Assembly (NCBI GenBank): GCA_963836075.1
Contig: CAWIIB010000001.1
Location: 225,002-289,001 of the forward strand
From: an uncultured Acidobacteriota bacterium
GTDB lineage: Bacteria > Acidobacteriota > JAQAZP01
Direction of reading: 5' to 3'
Length of the DNA stretch: 64,000 nucleotides
A program made the translations under genes and the position numbers. Positions 58,057-64,000 of the stretch are shown here, piece after piece (the stretch's first letter is position 1; each line of letters opens with the position of its first letter). The notes beneath the pieces were generated by a model, which searched no databases, was not told the DNA's origin, and saw nothing but the letters and a program-made list of their open reading frames with translations.

Positions 58057-58863
58057 TCAGTGGGCGAGGGGGCCGGCCAGCAACTGGTCGAGATCGGTCT
58101 GCCGCAGCAGGATCACATCGGGGTCGTCCGGCTCGAGGGCGATGTTTTCCGGTTGGCCGTCGTCGCGCACGAAGTGGAAGACCCACATCGATTCCGACTC
58201 GCTGTCCCCCTTGCGCCAGATTTTCTGACCCCGGTACGGCTCGGTCCCGGTCACCAGGTAGAGCTTCCGCGGAGTCATCATCATCTCCCGGGGAATGGGA
58301 TTCAGCAGCTGGAGGGCGAACACATCCCGCGGTGACACCTCGTCCAGGCAGAGCATATCCTCCCCCCGCTCCAGGCCGGGTATTTCGCCTTCCGCCGAGG
58401 TCACTTCACCTTCGGCGTCCACCATCTCGAACCAGCGGTCGCTCTCCAGATACCAGGTGATGGGAAAGGAATTGCCCACCAGCGGCCACTCGGCGCCATG
58501 CAGGTGGACATGCTCCCCTTCCAGCGTTGCCTGGGAAAGCATCTCCAGTATTCTGGCCACGTATACCAGCCCGGCCCGGTTGCCGCTGATCACCATTCCC
58601 AGTTCCGGCGTGTAGTCCATGTGGATCTTCTCGTCGCCGGACCCCGGCACCAGATCCCGCACCACCTCGGCGAAGACCATCTCCTGACCCAGGATGTTGG
58701 AGGCCCGGGAGATGAAGGCGTTACGGTCCAGCGACAGTTTGAGGTTGATGTCGGCGTAGTCGAGGCAGCACTGGTAGGCGTCCTTCCGCGCTGTCGGGTC
58801 CTCCAGGTCATACCCGGAAAGCAGGTCGTGGAGCAGCCCTTCAATATCGATGCGTTCTTCCAT
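58057..58863 (-). CDS. hypothetical acidic protein
   Basis: 268-aa ORF with a long intact frame and good codon usage. I recognise no family. Confidence 0.45.
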   Translation of the reverse strand: MEERIDIEGLLHDLLSGYDLEDPTARKDAYQCCLDYADINLKLSLDRNAFISRASNILGQEMVFAEVVRDLVPGSGDEKIHMDYTPELGMVISGNRAGLVYVARILEMLSQATLEGEHVHLHGAEWPLVGNSFPITWYLESDRWFEMVDAEGEVTSAEGEIPGLERGEDMLCLDEVSPRDVFALQLLNPIPREMMMTPRKLYLVTGTEPYRGQKIWRKGDSESESMWVFHFVRDDGQPENIALEPDDPDVILLRQTDLDQLLAGPLAH

Positions 58864-58969
58864 CTGGAACCCGTTTGATGAGATGGTGCGGTGGCCTGAT
58901 GACCGCCCGCTGTTGCCGATGCAGCGGAATCGCGCCCAATATAGACTCCAGCCCCGGGGCTGTCAACAA

Positions 58970-59743
58970 TCAGCTGCTCAGGCTGCGGTCTATTTCCCTG
59001 CGGTAATCCTGGCCGTCCATGCGGACGACGTGGCACATCTCGAAGAGCCGTGACCGGAGCCGGTAGCCGATCCTCTCGGCCAGGGTTTCGCCGCCGCCGG
59101 GCCCCGGTTCGTCGAGGTAGTTGGTGGTGATCAGCGTGGTCAGCCGGCGCAGGTAGCGCTGGTTGATGACGAAGTGCAGCGTGTCCAGGACCCAGGGCGA
59201 GGGTTTTTCCGCCCCGAGGTCGTCCAGTACCAGCAGGTCCACGCCCACCACAGGCTGGAGCAGGTCCATCTCCGACGTGCCGGATACCGGATTGTAGCTG
59301 TTCTTGATTTGCCGCAGAAGTTCATGGAAATCGCAGAACCTTCCCCGGGCTGCCTTGCGCAAGGCCAGCTCCTTGAGTAGCGCCACCGCCAGGTGGGTCT
59401 TGCCCACCCCGCAACGGCCCATGAAGAGCAGGCCTTGCTCGATGTCGGGATAGCTCTGGACGAAGCGGCTGGCAATGCCCTTCGCTATCTCCAGCGTCTC
59501 ATGGGTGTGGGTATGGAATCCACGTTCCGTGCGGTTTTCCTCGATGGCACAGTCATGGAACCGCGGCGGGATGCCGAGGGACCCCAGCCGGTCGTTGTTC
59601 GGCCGCAGCCGGCAGGAACAACGTGCCGCCCGCTCGAAGCCGTTCTCTTCCACGTAGATATAGCCGGTGCCGCCACAGCGGCTGCAGAGCCCCCCCCCGG
59701 GGGCGCCGCCGGCCCCGCCAACTGCATCCTGTTGATCGTTCAA
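58970..59743 (-). CDS. DnaC/IstB-family AAA+ ATPase with an N-terminal CxxC zinc-ribbon
   Basis: Walker A motif GRCGVGKTHLA, Walker B LLVLDDLG, and N-terminal CSRCGGTG…CSC. Its start overlaps the stop of the upstream sigma-factor gene (ATGA). Confidence 0.65.
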   Translation of the reverse strand: MNDQQDAVGGAGGAPGGGLCSRCGGTGYIYVEENGFERAARCSCRLRPNNDRLGSLGIPPRFHDCAIEENRTERGFHTHTHETLEIAKGIASRFVQSYPDIEQGLLFMGRCGVGKTHLAVALLKELALRKAARGRFCDFHELLRQIKNSYNPVSGTSEMDLLQPVVGVDLLVLDDLGAEKPSPWVLDTLHFVINQRYLRRLTTLITTNYLDEPGPGGGETLAERIGYRLRSRLFEMCHVVRMDGQDYRREIDRSLSS

Positions 59744-60597
59744 TTGAGAAATCCTCGCAAAATCTGGCAGCGATGTGACCGGCGCAGTTTCTCCATGGCC
59801 TTGAACTCGATCTGGCGGATCCGCTCACGGGACAGGTCGAGCTGCTGGCCGATCTCCTTCAGCGTCTGGGGCTCACCACCGCTGAGGCCGAACCTCAGGC
59901 GGATGACCATGGCTTCTTTTTCGCCCAGCTCGCCGAGAAGGCTGAGGATGTGCTGCTCGAGGGATGATTTTATCACCTGGAGGTGTGCGGAAGGAATGGT
60001 GTCCTGCTCGATGCGCTGCCAGAGCTGGAAATCGTGGTTCTCGTCGACGATGGTGTTCAAAGAGATGTTTTCGCGGGAGAAACTCTGGAGGAAGAGGACC
60101 TCGTCCTCGGTGATGTTCATGCGGTCGGCAATCTCGTCGGCGGTGGGTTTGCGCCGCAGTTTCAGGGCCAGGTCCGATACGTTCTTCCCCAGTTTGTAGA
60201 GCAGGTTTGCCTGTTTCTGGGGCAGACGGAACGAGCCGCCCTTTTCAGCGATGGCGGAGATGATCGACTGGCGGATCCACCACACGGCATAGGTGACGAA
60301 CTTGACCTTGCGGCCGGGGTCGAATCGTTTGGCCGCCTCGATCAGCCCCAGGTTGCCTTCGTTGATCAGATCGAGAAAAGAGAGGCCGGCGCCGCGGTAG
60401 CGCTTGGCAAAGCTGACCACGAACCGCAGGTTGGCTTCCACCATGTGGGTCAGCGCCTCTTCGTCACCCTGCTGGATCCGCAACCCCAGTTCAACTTCTT
60501 CTTCGGCGGTGAGTTTGGCAATGCGGGAAATTTCACGCAGGTAGCGCTTGAGGATCTCTGATTGCGAATCGTACTTCTTGACCTGCTTGTCGTTCAT
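59740..60597 (-). CDS. RNA polymerase sigma factor, sigma-70 family (regions 2-4)
   Basis: Region 2 (FLDLINEGNLGLIEAAKRFD, YAVWWIRQSI) and a region 4 HTH (LKEIGQQLDLSRERIRQIE). 285 aa. Confidence 0.8.
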   Translation of the reverse strand: MNDKQVKKYDSQSEILKRYLREISRIAKLTAEEEVELGLRIQQGDEEALTHMVEANLRFVVSFAKRYRGAGLSFLDLINEGNLGLIEAAKRFDPGRKVKFVTYAVWWIRQSIISAIAEKGGSFRLPQKQANLLYKLGKNVSDLALKLRRKPTADEIADRMNITEDEVLFLQSFSRENISLNTIVDENHDFQLWQRIEQDTIPSAHLQVIKSSLEQHILSLLGELGEKEAMVIRLRFGLSGGEPQTLKEIGQQLDLSRERIRQIEFKAMEKLRRSHRCQILRGFLN

Positions 60598-60645
60598 CTG
60601 GTCCCGTTCCGCACTGCTGCGCCGCCCGGGACGATACTCTCCGGG

Positions 60646-61038
60646 CTACCGTCCCGTCCGCCTGATCAGCTTCGCCGGAGGTACGCGTATCAAGGCGTTT
60701 TCGACTTTCTTTTCCAGACCCTCATACTTCCTTTCGAGTTCTGACTGGAGATACTTGAGCAGTTCAAGCATTTCACCCTGCAAAGACTCCATTTTTTCTT
60801 TCATGTTCAGGATAACATCAACCCCGGCGAGGTTGACCCCCATCTCCCTGGTCAAATTGAGGATCAGCTCCAGACGTTCCAGGTCGTCATCGGTGTAGAC
60901 CCGGGTGTTCCCCTCCGTGCGGGACGGTGTTATTAAACCTTCCCGTTCGTATAAGCGCAGGGTTTGCGGGTGTACATCGAATCGTTCGGCCACAGCGCTG
61001 ATGAGGTAGACGGTCTGCTTATGCTTTTTTCTGGGCAT
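60646..61038 (-). CDS. hspR: MerR-family heat-shock regulator HspR
   Basis: MerR HTH (YLISAVAERFDVHPQTLRLYEREGLI) and a position downstream of cbpA-dnaK. Confidence 0.75.
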   Translation of the reverse strand: MPRKKHKQTVYLISAVAERFDVHPQTLRLYEREGLITPSRTEGNTRVYTDDDLERLELILNLTREMGVNLAGVDVILNMKEKMESLQGEMLELLKYLQSELERKYEGLEKKVENALIRVPPAKLIRRTGR

Positions 61039-61119
61039 CGGACTCCACTCCGTACTCCGGCCCGTCGCCGCCAGGATGGAGGCTATCATACCGAGCGGTA
61101 GGATGGCCAGCCAGCCGGC

Positions 61120-62043
61120 TCAGGGGATGTCTTTCCGGATCCCGTCCTGGGGGTTGAGACGGGAAAATTCACGGACGATTTCCTTGGACCTCTCGTCGCT
61201 CAGTGCGGGGAGTACGATGCGCACCTCAACATACTGCTGCCCGCGGACACTGCCCCGCAGCGACGGCGCCCCCTTGCCGGCCAGTTTGAATTTCTGACCG
61301 GACTGGGTTCCCGGCGGCACCTTGAAGGTGGTCACACCGTCCACGGTGGGAACCTCCACCCGTGCCCCCAGCAGGGCTTCCTCCAGGGTGATGGGGAGGA
61401 CACAGTAAATATTGTCGCCCCGCCGTTCGAAGAACCGGTGTGCGGCCACCCTGGTGATGATGAACAGGTCTCCGGGCGGTCCGTTGTTCAGGCCGGGCTC
61501 ACCCTTGCCGGCCACCCGGACCTTCGAGCCGTCGCTGACCCCCGCCGGTATGCGCACCCGGATCTTTTCGCTGCTCGCGCCACGATTGAGGCTTACCTGG
61601 GAGGAGAGGCCCTTGATGGAATCCTCGAAGGTGATGCTCATGGTGTACTGCAGGTCACTGCCCCGGCGCGGTCCGGTGCGCGGACCGCCGCGGCCGGCCG
61701 CCGAACGGCCGCCGAAGAGCTCCTCGAAGATGTCGCCGAAGCCGCCCTCGCGACCCATGTTGGAAAAGTCGAAGTTGTCGAAAATGGTGCCGTCGAAATC
61801 GCCGCCCGGGGAAAAGCCGCCCTCGGCGAAACGAGGGCCCAGCGTGTCGTACTTCTTGCGCTTCTCGGGGTCGGAAAGAACGGCGTAGGCCGCGGATATC
61901 TTCTTGAACCGGCGTTCGGACTCCTTGTCCCCGGGGTTGAGGTCGGGATGGTGCTTGCGGGCCAGCTTGCGGTAGGCCTGCTTGATCTCCGAAGCCGGAG
62001 CGCCCTTTTTCACACCGAGAATGGTGTACAGATCTTCACTCAT
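61120..62043 (-). CDS. cbpA: DnaJ-family co-chaperone lacking the zinc-finger (CbpA-like)
   Basis: J-domain (DLYTILGV…HPD), a G/F region and C-terminal substrate-binding domains, with no CxxCxGxG repeats. Confidence 0.8.
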   Translation of the reverse strand: MSEDLYTILGVKKGAPASEIKQAYRKLARKHHPDLNPGDKESERRFKKISAAYAVLSDPEKRKKYDTLGPRFAEGGFSPGGDFDGTIFDNFDFSNMGREGGFGDIFEELFGGRSAAGRGGPRTGPRRGSDLQYTMSITFEDSIKGLSSQVSLNRGASSEKIRVRIPAGVSDGSKVRVAGKGEPGLNNGPPGDLFIITRVAAHRFFERRGDNIYCVLPITLEEALLGARVEVPTVDGVTTFKVPPGTQSGQKFKLAGKGAPSLRGSVRGQQYVEVRIVLPALSDERSKEIVREFSRLNPQDGIRKDIP

Positions 62044-62077
62044 TCCGCTTCCCCACCTGCCACCCCGGTCCGGGCAA

Positions 62078-63997
62078 TCAGTTGGACCCCTGTTTGTTGT
62101 CCATGTCCTCGTACTCGGCGTCGATCACGTCCTCCTCAGACGGTGCGCTATCCGCCTGCTGGCCCGCCGCTGAGCCGGCCTGGTCAGCAGCACCGGCATC
62201 GGTGCTGGCCTGCTGATACATCACTTCGGCCAGCTTGTGCGAAGCGGCGGTGAGCTGCTCGATGCCCTGTTCCATGGCCGTGGTGTCACCGGCCTCGACG
62301 GCCTTTTTCAGCGATTCAACGGCGTCATCGATATTCCTGGCCTCAGCCTCATCCACCTTGTCACGGTGCTCCTTGAGCGTCTTCTCCGTGCTGTAGATCA
62401 GGGTGTCGGCGCGGTTCTTCAGTTCCACCTCGTGCTGTTTGGCCTTGTCCTCATCAGCATGCATTTCGGCTTCGTTGACCATGTTGTCGATCTCGTCCTT
62501 GCTCAGGCCCGAGGAAGAGGTGATGGTGATCTTCTGCTCCTTGCCGGTGCCCATGTCCTTGGCCGAGACATTGACGATGCCGTTGGCGTCGATATCAAAG
62601 GTCACCTCGATCTGCGGCACCCCGCGTGGCGCGGCCGGGATGCCAACCAGGTGGAACACGCCCAGGGTCCGGTTGCCTTCGGCCATGGGCCGCTCACCCT
62701 GGAGCACCCTGATTTCGACGCTGGTCTGGCTGTCCGCCGCGGTGGAGAAAATCTCGCTCTTCCGCGTGGGGATGGTGGTGTTCTTCTCGATCAGCCTGGT
62801 GCAGACACCGCCGAGGGTCTCGATCCCCAAAGAAAGCGGGGTGACGTCCAGCAGCAGCACGTCCTTGACGTCGCCGGAAAGCACGCCGGCCTGGACGGCG
62901 GCGCCGATGGCCACCACCTCGTCGGGGTTGACGCCCTTGTGCGGCTCCTTGCCGAAGAACTCCTGGACCAGCTCCTGAACCTTGGGGATCCGTGTGGACC
63001 CGCCCACCATCACCACCTCGTCAACCGACTGCATCCCCGCGTCCTTCATCGCCATGCGGCAGGGACCCATGGTCCGCTGGAGCAGGTCCTCCACCAAAGA
63101 TTCGAACTTGGCCCGGCTGAGCTTGAGCACCAGGTGTTTGGGGCCCGAAGCATCGGCGGTGATGAACGGCAGGTTGATCTCCGTCTCCATGGCCGAAGAG
63201 AGCTCGATCTTCGCCTTCTCCGCGGCTTCCTTCAGCCGCTGCAGGGCCATCTTGTCCTTGCTCAGGTCGATGCCCTGGTCCTTGACAAAGGAATCGACGA
63301 TCCAGTCAATGACCCGCTGGTCGATGTCATCGCCGCCCAGGTGGGTGTCGCCGTTGGTGGATTTCACCTCCACCACTCCATCGCCAACCTCGAGGATCGA
63401 AATGTCGAAGGTGCCACCGCCAAAGTCGTAGACGGCGATGGTCTCGTCTTTCTTCTTGTCCAGGCCGTAGGCCAGCGCCGCCGCGGTGGGCTCATTGACG
63501 ATCCGCTCCACGGTGAGGCCGGCGATCTGGCCGGCATCCTTGGTGGCCTGGCGCTGCGAATCGTTGAAGTAGGCCGGGACGGTGATCACCGCCCGTTCCA
63601 CCTTCTCACCGAGGTAGGCCTCGGCTGCAGACCGCATTTTCTGCAGGATCATCGCCGAAATCTCGGGCGGGGAATAGAGTTTGTCGTCAATCCGCACCCT
63701 GGCGTCACCGCTCTCCGATTTTTCCACCTTGTAGGGCACCAGCTTGATTTCCTCGCTCACCTCATTGTAGCGGCGGCCCATGAACCGTTTGATTGAAGAG
63801 ACCGTGTTCTCCGGGTTGGTGATCGCCTGCCGTTTGGCGGCCATGCCCACCAGTCGCTCGTCGTTCTTGGTGAACGCCACCACCGACGGCGTTGTCCGCC
63901 CACCCTCGGGGTTGACGATGACCGTTGGCGCGCTGCCTTCCATTACTGAAACCACGGAGTTGGTGGTTCCGAGGTCGATTCCAATGATTTTGCTCAT
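62078..63997 (-). CDS. dnaK: molecular chaperone DnaK (Hsp70)
   Basis: Starts [13 protein letters not shown] and carries the DLGGGTFD motif. The full 639 aa fits in the window, with the start codon 3 nt from the window end. Confidence 0.9.
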   Translation of the reverse strand: MSKIIGIDLGTTNSVVSVMEGSAPTVIVNPEGGRTTPSVVAFTKNDERLVGMAAKRQAITNPENTVSSIKRFMGRRYNEVSEEIKLVPYKVEKSESGDARVRIDDKLYSPPEISAMILQKMRSAAEAYLGEKVERAVITVPAYFNDSQRQATKDAGQIAGLTVERIVNEPTAAALAYGLDKKKDETIAVYDFGGGTFDISILEVGDGVVEVKSTNGDTHLGGDDIDQRVIDWIVDSFVKDQGIDLSKDKMALQRLKEAAEKAKIELSSAMETEINLPFITADASGPKHLVLKLSRAKFESLVEDLLQRTMGPCRMAMKDAGMQSVDEVVMVGGSTRIPKVQELVQEFFGKEPHKGVNPDEVVAIGAAVQAGVLSGDVKDVLLLDVTPLSLGIETLGGVCTRLIEKNTTIPTRKSEIFSTAADSQTSVEIRVLQGERPMAEGNRTLGVFHLVGIPAAPRGVPQIEVTFDIDANGIVNVSAKDMGTGKEQKITITSSSGLSKDEIDNMVNEAEMHADEDKAKQHEVELKNRADTLIYSTEKTLKEHRDKVDEAEARNIDDAVESLKKAVEAGDTTAMEQGIEQLTAASHKLAEVMYQQASTDAGAADQAGSAAGQQADSAPSEEDVIDAEYEDMDNKQGSN

Positions 63998-64000
63998 TAC

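Noticed and set aside
1-64000. CRISPR arrays, IS elements and transposases, integrases, prophage genes.
   Set aside because: I saw no repeat-spacer periodicity and no transposase-, integrase- or phage-like ORFs. The only IstB-like ATPase lacks a partner IstA and lacks flanking inverted repeats.

Overview
This is a high-GC (roughly 60-65% by eye) chromosomal segment from a Gram-negative sulfate-reducing bacterium of deltaproteobacterial (Desulfobacterota) type. I found no tRNA or rRNA genes, CRISPR arrays, or IS elements or transposases.

The first ~32.5 kb is a contiguous sulfate-respiration supercluster that holds nearly the whole dissimilatory sulfate-reduction pathway in one place:
- Tetrapyrrole/siroheme genes: hemA (3' end), a cobA/hemD fusion, hemB, and a frameshifted hemL.
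- A DsrT-like gene followed by dsrMKJOP.
- A second DsrM/DsrK-like (HmeCD/HdrDE-type) pair that is disrupted by frameshifts.
- aprBA.
- Two small metal-binding genes followed by qmoABC.
- A sigma54-dependent PAS regulator.
- dsrC-dsrABD-dsrN and a DsrL-like GltD-family oxidoreductase.
- A CBS-pair protein and sat.

The second half (32.5-64 kb, mostly minus strand) is housekeeping: lpxB, a fused lptFG, parAB, a BFN nuclease, miaB, ptsI/ptsH/EIIA/hprK/hpf/rpoN/lptB, an LptC/LptA-like fusion, recJ, accA, dnaE, a PQQ-repeat lipoprotein, a sigma-70-family factor with a DnaC-like ATPase, and hspR-cbpA-dnaK.

The most notable points:
- All sat/apr/qmo/dsr genes lie in a single ~28 kb locus.
- Two uncharacterised Cys-rich proteins are embedded in the qmo operon.
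- A DsrL-like gene and dsrC sit directly inside a reductive-type (DsrD-containing) dsr operon.
- A consensus sigma70 promoter plus a shared GCAACA-type upstream repeat occurs at aprB and dsrC.
- There are eight or nine single-base +1 insertions, confined to four genes (hemL, the DsrM2/DsrK2-like pair, the YkgJ-like gene). The other ~55 kb of coding sequence is intact.
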